A stretch of DNA of 64,000 nucleotides, from NCBI GenBank assembly GCA_036172245.1, contig JAYWIR010000006.1, positions 3,968,001 through 4,032,000 of the forward strand. Reading direction: 5' to 3'. The position numbers were made by a program, and so were the translations under genes. The DNA comes from Raillietiella orientalis (lineage: Eukaryota). Under the pieces are notes generated by a model. The model worked only from the letters and a program-made list of their open reading frames with translations, was not told the origin of the DNA and did not search any database. Shown here one piece after another: positions 51,301 to 64,000 of the stretch (its first letter is position 1; each line of letters opens with the position of its first letter).

Positions 51301-54300
51301 ATCCAGTCAACCAAAGATGTTCTGTAGCATTGGTTTAAATACTTCACATGAAGATTCAGCATTCAATACAATTTTTGCTCCTTTACTTGATAAACTGAAA
51401 AAATAATCCAATATAGCATTGCAAAGTACTAATTACCCATTAACTAAAAGCCAGAAAAATTCTGCCAAGGGCACAATCTAACGAAATTTTGCTATTCACT
51501 GTAAAACAATATACTGCAAGGATAGATTTTGTTAGTTCAATGGCACCTTGATGGTTCCACTGGACTAACAAATTACTGTTACCACGCAGATACTATAATA
51601 ATGAAAAAATGTCACCATCCACATAGATACCAAAATAATAATGAAAAAGATAAGCTTTGATTTACAGAAATCAAATACCAAGCTACATATTACTCCATCA
51701 AATGAAACCTTTTTTGTTAATGAACTAATCTGCATTTATTGAATGCTGAAAAATTTAGTGAATAAGCTAACACAGGTTTTGAGATTCAAATCCCTGTGCC
51801 ATTCTACTTCATACTCCGTAGAATCTTAAACTGCTCCCTGGAATGGCAATAAGGCATGTCTAATAAGTGATTGCCAAACTTCTAAAGAATACTGATAAAA
51901 AGTCAATACAGTTAATCACGTGAAACACTGCCACCATATCAACAAATCACTTAGTCATCCCATTTAAAGACTTTACTGGAGTCCAAATACAACTGTTATT
52001 CTTTAACGATGGTTGAGGTTCTTAGAAAGACTTTTTTGTCCAGTTTTTTATCCAACACATGGTTATTACCAATTTTTTTTTTTACAACTTCCAAAAAGAA
52101 GCATTGAAAAAATTTTTTTGCACACATCTGCAATCACTTTACAATTTTGAAAAACGTGTGAAATCAAATAAAAAATTTTCGAAGCCATAAAACAAGTACG
52201 AATTACATCCTGAAACACTTCTCCATTGTCTAAGTCCAAGTTAAAAAAAAAGAAGGGACAATGTGCCAAACCACAATAAATTAATAACTTGATTTTCGAC
52301 AGTGAATATTTAAAAAAAAAAAAAATGTACTCTACTTGAAAAACTTTCTTCTTCTAGTGCACAACTTAGCTCCCATTAGGCCTGTAAATGACCAAAGTAC
52401 CTTAACCAAATTTTCCATGGCTCTTGGAAACCAAGTTATACTTATATTTCCAGAAAATACCAAATTACCTATGAAAAACCTATTGTTCTTGAGCACACAG
52501 AGCACTAACAAAGAATAAACACTTTATTTGAAAAGAAGAAATGGAATTCTTTTTTTTTTTTTATAATTAAATCTGAATAATGTTTTAAATAAATGGCTGG
52601 CTAAAGAATAGCTTTTAAATTAAGACTGCATCATCAAAAAAACCTATGACTCGTTTCATTACAACCAAATTCAGAAATAAACCCATGGCACAAAAATATG
52701 CTGCACCTACTCTTCTGGATCATTATAACTTAAAAATACGTTAGTATTATGGTTTAATCTTCACATATTTCACAGTTATGGAGATCATGCATTCTGTGCA
52801 AGAACACAGTTAAACCTGACCAAAAAATAGTGAATATGTAGTCTTAAACATAGCAAATAAAAGCAAGGAATCGTACTTGGAGTTGGCAATGCACTTCAAA
52901 TAATGATGACCCATGCCTCTAATCAAATTTAAGGATTTCGGACGTAATACAATTTCCAGATCTTGTGAGTAATAGGAACCATCATCAACAATAAGATGGA
53001 TGAAACCAGAACTTAACTGTAACTCTTCGTCAGGGAAAATAACATCAGCCCTGCAAAAATTATTCATGCATGTCCGTTTCAGATATTAACCTACTGATAA
53101 ATTGATTCATCATTTTTATTTACGGACAAAATGATGAGATTTCCATCCAGATCTGTAGCATATTTCCTTCCAATTAGTTCTAAACCATGCATATTTTTCC
53201 ATGATACAATTTTTCTTGATGGTATGCTAGAGTAGGGTAATTCTAAGACTGCAGCTGTCCCTGATTTTGCAATGACAGTAGAATTCAAAGGATTTCTGTC
53301 AGGTGGAGCTACAAAAATTTTTTCAAATGAGAACTAATTAGATACGAAATTGCAGATATTTGACTTCTAAATCATTGCAGAAACATAGATTTACCAGATA
53401 CAATAATTTTAGATTTCTCACTGAAGAGAGCACCAATATCATTTTTTGCTATACATTGATAATCTCCTGAATCATCATACTTCAACTTCTGTATTTTGAA
53501 AAAGTATTCTTTGCTGAAATTTCCTAAATACTGTCCATCTTTGAGCCATCTATAAAGTGGAAGTGGATTTCCTAATCGAAACACAAGATGAATAAAATTT
53601 TTTGCTTAAGCAATTAGCATAACAGATTGTAAGGTAACTGATTTGGAAAATTCATGAGGGTCACAACAAATAAACACAAAACACAAAACCGAAGTTTTCT
53701 ACACAATTTATTTACAAAATAATGCTTGCTAATAACTTTTATGTTTACAAAAGCTAGATTATTTGAGATGAAACAAATATTAGAACTTAAACTAAAATAT
53801 ATTAATAATAACTTTGGTGTTTATAAATTAAATCCTTTGAAGTGTCTTTCCTATTAGAAGGTACACTACATTTTCACTTTCCAATAGAGAAAACACATTT
53901 TCCGTGTGTTTGTATCTAAGAATGATTCCTAAGATCCCTAGAAAAAAAATTAAGCTCACTTTATATTTCTTTCTTCATATTCGAACATTATTTGTTTTCA
54001 AGTTCACAATTTCTACGTATTGCATTCGGATTAACAGCAACAAGAATGAAAAAAAAATTACAACATAGCAATTTTCAATGAATTTCCACACTTATAATTT
54101 GTAATGTTTTATATAAACATATCTCTCACAGAACATTGGGTTAAAATAATGCATACACAACAAATAAAGCCTTTAAATGCCTGAAACATCAATTAAAATA
54201 AACACATCAATTGTACTAGAAAAAATCATCTTTACTTTACAATATGCACTCTTAGGAAACAGGTATACCTATGGCTTCACAGTGAAGGATTTTCGACTTT

Positions 54301-54841
54301 CCTAAAATAGCAGCTTTACTTGGATCTGATGGATGGCTTGTAAAACGTGGGGCTTGCAAAATATCTAAAAGTAGACAACCCGGATGCATTCTCTATACAA
54401 TAGGTAATAACATAATTGATATTTCATTATAAATAAGTATTTTACTCAGGAGTGCACATTTGTTGCTCAACTGCAATAATCATGGCTTATTAGGAATATT
54501 CGGATAACATTCATCACCAAAAGTGAATAAAAGTTAACCCTACTTCAGACTGATAATTGCAAATAAATGAAAGAAAATTCCATTAGTTTCTATATAAAGA
54601 AAATTTGCTATCAATGCTCAATAATTATTGTGATATGAAGTTGTTCTTCATTCACACTTGGTTTTAATAATCACTTTTGTTGTGCTTAAATTACATTCGA
54701 AAAAAAGGATGCTAAGCTCTTCCTTTATAAATAACAGCATATACTTATCACGTTAGCATTGGCCTAACCTTCATTTCTGCAGGAAACGATGATACAAGAA
54801 AACACAAAACACTGAAACACACTTTCAACAATGTTTTTCAT
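39339..54841 (-). CDS. sdk: Sidekick / RIG-4 Ig-FN3 adhesion receptor; about 30 exons, with 5 recognisable Ig domains, 13 FN3 repeats, a TM segment and a cytoplasmic tail
   Basis: Ig1 YLQAPRFTSHP...LHCEAIG|NPLPLYRWLKDG...LFSEKS, FN3 exons with GFDGNSPI, KINGINQGYK, WHGNPRGY and NVSFPDVTFTTARIVW, TM VFLVILAAASIVLLMMVVAVLCV, and tail HSFVNHYAN...NMAGSRAPLPGFSSFV* (Sidekick PDZ-binding end). The putative start exon 54841-54769 and micro-exon ~54470-54446 fit by phase but are less certain. Confidence 0.95.
50568..50613. repeat. Perfect hairpin, 21-bp stem and 4-nt loop, in a sidekick intron
   Basis: TGACTGAAAAATGGTCTTACC-TGCT-GGTAAGACCATTTTTCAGTCA. Confidence 0.95.
50650..51550 (-). mobile_element. 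Possible ancient LINE RT relic in a sidekick intron
   Basis: Frameshifted LDA/KAF (~51288-51308; cf. LDASKAFD). Little else is recognisable. Confidence 0.25.
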
Positions 54842-56199
54842 TGTCCAATAAATTCATGATGATTTTTTATCTTATCAAGGAGATAAAAAAACTATCATCA
54901 ATCATATGCTGGAAGATTGCACAGTTGATACTTCGAAAACTCATTCGTGTGTGCCAACACTATCCCTTCTAACGTCGGTTTCTGCTTAGTAAAATCAACG
55001 AAAATAAAGATTTTCGAAAAAAACAAACCAACATGGTCTCAAACAACAAAAATAGTGTTCCAGATTTAAAATCTCACGGTAAACATGCTAAGATACTTTT
55101 TTTATCACTCCTGCATTGACACAAACATTACATATCAAAGTATCACTGACATGTGAGTCCTTGTGTTTACATCTGCATTTTAAACAAGAATTACCAGGCT
55201 ACATCTTCGCATGCAATCCCCATAAACACGTCGATTGACCCAGCATGACACAGCACTCTGAAACTCATTAACTTAAATTAGCAAGAGGACAACACAGTTT
55301 CTGCCTAATGTAGAAATCCCAAAGTCCCTGATGTAGATAATTTAACATATTCATAGGAAAATTACTGTGAGTTCCAAAACTAGCATTAAAATTCAAGAAC
55401 GAATTAAAACATTAATGTTACGAACACAATACAAAAAACATACACTGAAACATTTATACAGAGAACATGAGTCCTTAAGATTCTTCCGCTTCCCACTTTT
55501 ACAATTTTAAAGTTTCTAAAGAGGAACGAAAGTGCATCAAGAATTCAATATTTCATGGATGATGAACTACAAAGAACTATCATACACAGTAGAAATAATA
55601 TGAAAACAAACAAATGTGATATTCAATAAAACCATTCAAATGATTTTTAATGTTTTCAATATACTATTATCGTAAAATTCTGAACTGATTGAATGCTTGT
55701 TTCAATTCTTCAGAGTATTTAGAAATTATTTAGCATATGAAACCAAAAAAGAGAGATTTTCTGCTTCAGTAAAAAAATTCAATCCACCGATTCTTCAGTG
55801 ATGTAGACAATGGAAGGAAAAGGATATGTGGAAGTCAGTTTGCTGCACTCAGTATTCAGTTCTTGCTATCTGCAGCAAACAAAGTAGTGGCTGAATCTTC
55901 GATCGAAAAAGTGCTGTAATATAGTTCACAAATGAGTCCATGGTAAAAATGATGTGATTCCTGCTATCTTGAATCCTTAGAGGTTAATAAAAAGTTGAGA
56001 TCATTGTTAAATATTCAGGGTCAGCAAAAGAATTAACATACTCTGTGATCATGGAGGAAAACTGCACACAAATATAATAGATTAATGCGCGAAGAGAACA
56101 GGATTCATTTTTTTAATTCATCAAGGTGAAGATATACTTTGGTTGCTCCTCTATGGCTAGATGCAGTGCTGATATTCAGCGGGTACGCACCGGCAAGGC

Positions 56200-57246
56200 C
56201 GCACCGATTGTCAAAGGCGTTATTTGATTGTATCATGATGACGATAGTTTATTAAGTGAATTAACAAAATTGCAAATTTCGATACTTTCCACGGCCTTGC
56301 AGGAAAGAAATATTCCAGTTATCAATGCTGACACATTAATTCTCGAAATAAGAAATGGAATTGAACATTTACAAGTTGATAGAGGAAATCATGAAAAAGA
56401 AGCAAATTATAGAAATGAATAAGTACAGTATCGTACATTTAATGGAAATAAAAGATCCATTGTATTTTCAAGAAATAAATTTTTTGATTGCTTAATAAAA
56501 CACATGAAAATGCGTGGTTCTATTCGACGACAAAAATGAAAAATGCAATGCTCTTTTGAATTATTTTAATTTGGTGAGTCCTGAAACTTGGCCGGGTGAT
56601 GTTTGTGAAGCACCATGGATTTGAAGGAAAAAATCGACCGAAGCAGCTGAACAGAATTATAAAATACAACGTTTCAGTGAACAGTTTCGAGTTTCGGAAT
56701 TCTGTTGATAGCAGAGGTATGGAATGTAAAAAGATTCCAAATAGGATTTTAAGAGCCAAAAGAACTTTGAATGTTAGTGCTCTTAATTCCGCCGAAGCGG
56801 AAAGAGATATCAGCACCGTGAATAATATTACTGATATCAAAATAAACTGTATACTAATAGAGACAGCAAGTCACTTGATGACTATTAATTTAACAGGAAA
56901 ATCTTTAAAAGACTTTGAAGCATTCTGGTTGGGAGAAGGACACCACCCCCTGGCAAGCGGTGATCGAGTGTTCCCACTACACCTTGCCGTAACCAAAGTA
57001 TGATTTGGAATTTGTTAAAGCAAAATATTATATTATAGTATTAATAGTGTAATCATGTTAATGATTATAAATAAATAAATAAATGTGTAAAAGGATATTT
57101 TTCTGGCTACTAAATGTAACGGCACACGGGCTTATTTTTTTCCTGCTCTTCTAAACGGAAGTGTGATAAGCTCTTTTTGTTTTTGTCGGAAAACTTAGTC
57201 CCCCCTCCCCCCCCCATCATCGCAAAAGATTCTGCGGACACTTATG
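56200..57246 (+). mobile_element. Decayed hAT-family transposase (KIAA1586/ZNF862-like C-terminus) with possible right end
   Basis: NSAEAERDISTVNNI...ETASHLMTINLTGKSLKDF matches the hAT dimerisation motif (SxAxxERxFSxxNxI...LM). A C-rich subterminal tract is followed by TCTGCGGACACTTATG at 57231-57246. Confidence 0.7.
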
Positions 57247-59539
57247 CCTACCGGTTGTCAAATATTTTGAATGTCAGCACTGGCTAGATGTACAGAGCAT
57301 ACGTGGTTTTCAAACTTTGCATGAGTGAAATCGAAATTTTCAGCTACTAAAGAATACATTTTTGACTTTGATTCAAGTGCGAAACGATGAAAGATCGGTT
57401 AAAAGGGAGATCGCCGACGGCAGGCTTGGCTCTTACAAGTGACAAAATCATGTTTGTTTGATGACATGAAAGTACTGGGCTAACTTTGAACTTTTGTGAA
57501 AGACAACGAAACCGATGCTATCTCTTGTGAGAACATACCTACAGATCAAAGAAAATATAAAAACGCGTAAAAATCAATTCTCCAGCATTTGTTGACAATT
57601 GCGATACGAAATACTCACATATTTTCTCCTGCAAACTGAAACCGTGCAAACGCATGCGAGTGGCGTCTCCCTCGAGATCTGCTCCACGTGTGAATACTCT
57701 TTCTTCCACGGGTCATATTTGATTGCACAACTTGAACTTATTTATAATTGTCTGCAGCACATCCAGGTATATCTTTCGAGTCCCCAGAGCTTTACTTATT
57801 ACTTATTTCTTTATTTTGTTAATGGATTCGACATTCTTTCGAAGTCATTTTGAGTTACTAAAGTAGAGAGATTTTTCACATCATAGTCGGTACTGTGATA
57901 CACTCTCGAAAAACAAGCTGAAACAGTGGATGATGCCATTTTGACTCTTGGTTTCACGATTTCAACATTCACGTAATTATCTCGGACTTTTGATATATTT
58001 CCAAATAAATGTGCAATTTGTTGCTTTCCACATACATCACACATCATAATAAGAAATACCCACGTACACAGGGGAAATGAAAAAACCTTTGGTAATGCCT
58101 GGAGCTCAGGGAGTTCTTGTGCCACCAGGGAACCGTAGAATCGCTCGATTTGGTTAATAAGATTACTGGGAGGCCATTTTTTTGAAATCAGTGCTTTGTT
58201 TTTCACATGTGATGAAGACCTCAAGTCCTTCTTGACGACGAATCACGGCCTTGAAGAGAAAAAAAAAAAAAATGTATGCATTTATTGCCTTCTCCATTTA
58301 GGATGTGTAAGTTACTGTTACCCTAAAAAAAAAAAAAAATTACATCTTACATAAATGTACCCTATATTCACAACATATTCAATAAAGATCCGGCAGTCTT
58401 AATACATGGCCAAGACATCGCTGCGTTCTCTGGCTTGGTCACTTACAATTTCCTCCTAACTTGAAATTAAAGGAATGGATTCATTTTCTACCAAAGAAAG
58501 GCATTATTTTGGCGCAACCTCCAGCTGAATTCTCTTTGGTTGGCCCTCCCCCCTTCCCCCCCCCGTCACGCTTCCGTCCATTTCAAAGGAATCTACGGGG
58601 TTCCTTCGAAAAAGAACGTGATGGGACCACCGATCCAACCACACAGATGGGAAGTGTTCGTTTTTCATTAGAGAAACTTCCTGGCGCACCCGGGTGGCAA
58701 TCCAGCCAGAATCGTGGCTTCTAAATTCGTATGAATAAATCCGATTTTCTGAAGACAATAGCTAATTTGCTTGCAGGTCTTCGGCATGTTTTCTAAGACA
58801 AACGAGGCGCACTCCAAACTTTTGTGGCCATGAATTCGACTTTCATTTCAGGTTCCAATGTAGTCTTTACCATTGGGAAGGATCTCAAAAGATGCTGGAG
58901 CACTCCACAGTATTCGGATCAAACAAGTTCCAGTATGGCACACCGACGTCGAGGGACAATAGGGAGTTTTCCCAGGCTGTCGCGGATAATGCTTCGAACT
59001 TCCCATGTTCTTTAATCCACGTCAGCATAATTCCAAAATAATTTCGAAGACGTTCGTGCTTTGCCAGGCAGATGTTCAGACCGTTTCTGTTACGTTTTCC
59101 GAGCGTATCATAATATTGGGGAACGGATATTGAATATTTACTCCGATGCTCGAATCCTGCTCTTTATCGTAACCTTTCCAGCCAATTCTTCCATTTTTTT
59201 TTTTATTTTTTTTTTTGCATTTCCATTCTTCCTCAAGGGAGTTTCCCCTCTTAGCGATTCATTCCTTTTGTAGATTCTCGGCAAGTGTTAAAGCAAATTC
59301 TGCTTTCACATTTCACAAAGATTCAGTTTATTTCATTCCCATCTTATGAATTCCACGCTGTTTTCCCTTTTTGTTTACAAACCATATGTTTTTGGTACTC
59401 AGTTTTCATAGTTTCATTTATAAATAAATCTCTGGATTGTCTATGGAAAGCAGAAAGCAGATGAATGTACTTATTGCATTTGTGGGTGTCGATGTAGTGT
59501 CAGGGATCTCCAACCATAACAGTGTAGTTAGTGTACTAA

Positions 59540-60090
59540 AGGTGTGAATGTGCACCAAAAAAGAAGGGCATTGCTATAGTGTAGGCACCTTTACTGATTT
59601 TCTGACCAGCTGAAATATCGGTAACTTCTTGCATTGTCCTTACGATACACAGGACGAAAGGTGTGCCCAAAATACAAGGATAGCTTGATCCAATGAAACC
59701 ACTCAGATGAGTGCTTTGAATCAAATATGACAAGGAGAGTAAGTTTTTGCTTGAAGAAGGTAATCTGCATGTACGGTTTACACTATGCAAGAAATGTGTG
59801 CAATTGTGCTGTGTTATATTATACACATGCATTTGTATCGTGGATTTATAGAAAAAAGGCATTATGCTAAAAGATTTTGTGTCTGATGGGCTGTAAATTG
59901 CAGTGCATTGCCACATCTCCATACAAGTGTATCCTCATAATCAGAATGATTGTGCAATGAAACAACGGGAGAATTTTGATTTATTTGTGTATGCATTAAC
60001 ATTGAAACAGGCATGTTTTTGCAAAGGGTAACCTTTCTGGATGCCGAGAAATGGCATTTGAGGGAAAGTGCTGCAATTTTCGAATACAAG
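59540..60090 (-). mobile_element. Decayed L2-like RT fragment
   Basis: Collinear eroded motifs: MHVYNITQ (cf. YHxYADDTQ), ILGTPF (cf. LGVxxD) and LHYSNALL (cf. LDYCNALL). Confidence 0.45.
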
Positions 60091-60128
60091 ACCGAAAACA
60101 GTCATCAGTATTTAAAGGTAAGAATGGA

Positions 60129-60160
60129 ATCTACCCCTAAATCCTAATTTAGGGGTAGAT
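60129..60160. repeat. Perfect hairpin, 14-bp stem and 4-nt loop
   Basis: ATCTACCCCTAAAT-CCTA-ATTTAGGGGTAGAT. Confidence 0.9.
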
Positions 60161-61694
60161 CTGCTTCCTTCTAACGGATGAGAACATCACGACTGTAGAA
60201 GCAAGATCGGAATTATGGACACATATTCATCGGGACGATTAATGAGATCGCAGCTGAATGATTACATCCCGACGTCCCGTCTCAAGTGCATGAACGCACA
60301 AGACTTCCTATTCAAGGCAGAATCCTCGAAAATGAAATGATCCAGGCCATCATCGGATAGGAGATCTAAAGAGTTCAAAATTGAGGTACCTGATACAATC
60401 TTAGTGAACTTTTTGCTTTCAAATCTGTTGTAAAATCTGGCACTGTATGAATTTATAGAATTTCCATTCCGACTTTCATGATCATAACAGACATGCTTCA
60501 GCGCATAAGGATTGGATCGTTTTTCGTGGAGAGCTCACCTAATAAGCGAAGGGTTCTCATGTAACAGCTATTTTAGCAATGCTTGCTATTTCTCTCCGTT
60601 CAGGTTATGAAGTGTAAGAACATTCCTTTTTGTCCTCAAAGACGCAGTGTGCTATTTTGCACCTTCATTTATCTTAAACTTTTACAAGTTTTAATTGAAT
60701 TTAAACAGGATGTGTTAGTAAATACATATTCATATTGTGACTGAAAACAAATTATGCAAATTAATCTCGTTGGATGTTAAATATTCTCATCCTGTGATTG
60801 AAATCGAGCGCTTTTAGTAAATCTTTTTAACCATACATTTTCAGTATACTCTACTTTCATTTCCTATGAATCCTAAGATTAGACACGTGTTCCCAACGGT
60901 TTTGTTTCTTGATTAGAAATTTCTTTCTGCGGTAATTATGATAGATGCACTTGTAAATGCAACAGTTCATCATTATTTTAAAGGTGAATATAGCCATTTC
61001 CAAACAAAAAATTAATTAATCATTGTCGCAAAATTATGCAACTGAATACTAAGAAAATGATGTATATTTGTTGGATTTATTCCAGAAATTGATTAGAGAC
61101 ACTGATAGTTTTCCTTTTGGCTGGTTTAGAACATCGAGTTGTTTTCTCGTAATGCTTATCACTGTCAATTGGAAGACTTCTAGATCATTTAAATTTTGGT
61201 ACAGGACGAGGAGGTAGTGAAATATTATCTGAAATACTTTGCTTGAGTTGGTCTACTCGAAAAAATGATGTGGAAAATGTATTAGGATTCTCCTAAGATG
61301 TCTTCATCAAGTACTGAGGAGCACCTAGATTTATATCTTATTTTTCACGGTTTTCAACATCTTATCAAGAAATTGATGTATTTCTGAAGCATCGCAGATG
61401 CAAACCAGCCCAATTGAGAATATAGTAGTCTAGTGGAAATAGGAGAGCTCATTTCCTGTAAATGTTGATTTCGGATGTGCGAATGTTGTGGTAATGCTTC
61501 GCTCGTGCGCATGGTGATCTCCCGTTCTCCGATTGAATGCTCTGAGTGGTGCGCGCTGCGTGTGCACGTGTGCGTTACGCCGAAGGGTGTGTGTGTACTG
61601 TCCTTGATGACTAGCAGTTTGAAGAAATCACATCTCACCCTACTTTGCTTGTGTGTAGCCCAACTCGAAGAAGCAGAAAGTTGAGGCCAGGGCC

Positions 61695-63368
61695 ATGCTG
61701 AACAAAAACACACACCTAATGGAGTTGGAATCTGATGAAGAGAATGCATGGGATGCTGAGGTATGTCACGGGAACTCTTGAACATCAAGTAGGAATCGAA
61801 GTAGAACCGAATGGCATTTCCGTTTCATTTTGAATTTGGATTGATTTTAATGAATGGTGAATTAATCCTAAGGTTTTATTAACTTACACTTCATATGTTA
61901 AAGAAAAGGGATTGTCTGCATAAAGGAAATGGTTTGTATTTGCAGCAACCGTTTCAATTTGGCGGCTTTTAATCAAACTCAGTTTGTTAATTCGTTGTTG
62001 GGGCGTTATGTCTGCCAAATTTTCATGGCTTGTTTACATTATTCACCATCAACGTTCTGTTGCACTTATTTTATGATTTTAGTTACAGCTTGCCTTTGCT
62101 GAAGGAAAGCTGAAGCCAGGACTGAATGCAATAAAAATAAAGAAAAATCCAGTCAACAACGTGGTAAAAAATACTGCTTATATATTGCATTGTTCTTATG
62201 TTATGTTTGTTTTGATAGAATTCTATGAAACAAAAGTTACAGGAGTTTAAACTTCACTTGGATTGGCTAGAAACTCTGGATTCATCTGTATCTGTTGATG
62301 GAATTACGGAAAAGATTCTTAGACAGGTCTTTTTTTTGTTTTTTTTTGAATCCAGAAATTCATAATTTCGTGAGTGGTGGGTGAAAGGAAGCTAATGAGC
62401 ATTTCTACGTGGGCAAATATTGACAGTTCATTTTTGTTTTTGTTTTTTTCTATTTGAAGGAAGAAACACTTGAACTGGATTTGAAGTCAGATTTGTCCAT
62501 GTCAAAGATTTCAGCTGATGATGATTTAAAAAGAGAATTATCATTGTAAATATGTTTTCATAAAAACTGTTGACTGGAATTATTGAAACTGAATGTTTTA
62601 GTTATAGACAAAGTCAAATGTCTGTAATGGAAGCTCTTTCAAAATTGCATGCCTTAAATGTAGTCACAAAAAGACCAAATGATTACTTTGCTGAAATGGT
62701 GAAGAGTGATGATCATATGCAAAAGGTAAGACCTTTAGATGCACTAATTTTAATTTATCATGAGCACTCAGTCCTATTGGATAGTACTTGTATAAATATT
62801 AAGCAAACGTAAAGTTTATATTGAAAAAATGGAACTGTTGCTTTCAATTGCCCATTTTGCTTTTCCCAAGGTCCAAGAGCGGATAATGATGAAGCAATCC
62901 GAAATGGAACGATCTGAAAAGGCTAAACAATTGAGATTGTTGAAAAAACAGGGAAAGAAGATACAAACTGAGGTATCTTTGCAAAAAAAAAAGGAAACAA
63001 AGCAGTTCTCGGAAAAACTTAAGCAATACAGTAAAAAAGAATTAAATAACTTAGATTTCTTAGAGGAGAGTAAGCAGAAGAATCAAGGGCATGCCAGTAG
63101 CAATCCAAAAAGGTAAATCAAAGAGAAGGGTAGCAGTTTTTACAGTACTTACAGCAGAGTTCAGAAGAAAAAAATTAAGGATCGTAAATATGGGCATGGT
63201 GGGCAGAAGAAGAGAAGCAAATACAATACATCATCCAGTTATGTTAGCGTTACGAATGATATGCTCCCTAAAAGGAAAAAATCTAAACAAATGCTCACTA
63301 AAAAGCAAAAATCCAGATTACCAAAAAGAGTTCATTCTAAAAATAAAAAAAAAAGTTTTAAAGCATGA
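61695..63368 (+). CDS. EBNA1BP2: rRNA-processing protein EBP2, ~306 aa; exons 61695-61760, 62083-62163, 62219-62326, 62460-62545, 62602-62725, 62871-63112, 63155 (or 63146)-63368
   Basis: E|LQLAFAEGKLKPGLN, LDWLETLD, DDDLKRELSFYRQ, KRPNDYFAEMVKSDDHMQK and KYGHGGQKKRSKYN. Exons sum to 921 nt with GT-AG junctions in phase. The start codon could alternatively be 61719 or lie further upstream. Confidence 0.93.
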
Positions 63369-64000
63369 ACTGTGTGAGCACATTTGCTTTCAAGTTTCAG
63401 ATTTTCTCTTTATTTACAGTTTTTGCTTGGCAGTATCATGAGATCTGACAAGACAAATGGACTCTAATTGCTTTTTTTTTTTTTTTATAGTTCTTGTTGA
63501 GAAGTGCTGTTCATAATGTTCTTGCATATTCCAAGACTGTATTAATATCTTGTGAAGTTTTCAAAATTTCTTTGGTACCTGGATAACATCAATGGTTATG
63601 AATATGCACATTTTGAGTACATGCTTCTTCATTTTATGAGGGATGCAAAACTACTTTTTGTCTCTGCAGAGTGCTTGCTTTAAATGATTTGATGGAAATG
63701 TTAGTAATTTCTGATTACAGAGGAAATGCATTTTAAAGGTGTCTCAAATGAGCTCTACACATTAAAAGCAACTATGCACAAAAAATGTTGCAAGAATTAG
63801 ATACTCATGAGTCTGTAGCAAAGCAGTGTACTTAATTTTGTATCACTCATGTTACAAATCACTTCAAGTGATCACAGGTCATAGGAAGAAAACACGAACA
63901 ACCACATGTATTAACAGTAAAATATTGAAACTTGTCTTCATATAAGTTTTAGAACTCTTCTTTAATGGTATGGAACCATTTGCATCAAGTGAGTATGAGT

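Noticed and set aside
57300..59250. Minus-strand ORF fragments (57811-58224 and nearby)
   Set aside because: Multiple stops and only vague similarity to a hAT C-terminus. Cannot be assigned without a search.
1..64000. CRISPR array, rRNA or prokaryotic operon
   Set aside because: No repeat-spacer arrays or rRNA motifs were seen. All genes are intron-containing animal genes.

Overview
Animal (invertebrate) genomic DNA with spliceosomal genes. Very short introns (34-55 nt), TTTCAG-type acceptors and SL2-like motifs are compatible with a nematode, but the taxon cannot be proven from the sequence. Four intact multi-exon genes can be assembled by hand: a survivin/BIRC5-like single-BIR gene (+, 10.5-11.8 kb), fascin/singed (+, 26.3-34.7 kb), sidekick/rig-4 (-, 39.3-54.8 kb) and EBP2/EBNA1BP2 (+, 61.7-63.4 kb). 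There is also a broken Wnt-like exon1-exon2 fragment with an inverted duplicate of its exon 2 (12-13.4 kb). Intergenic and intronic space holds many decayed transposons: at least four L1/Tx1-like non-LTR copies, CR1/L2 relics, a hAT relic and a possible RLE-type fragment. A sharply bounded GC-rich domain of about 35 kb (13-48.5 kb) cuts through the middle of sidekick. The best lead is that three Tx1-like 3' ends (AATAAA) each sit exactly 4 nt from an antisense 22-mer resembling the nematode SL2 spliced leader (up to 19/22 identical). This suggests an APE-type retrotransposon family that targets, or carries, spliced-leader sequences. Most long ORFs in the supplied track are GC-driven artefacts.
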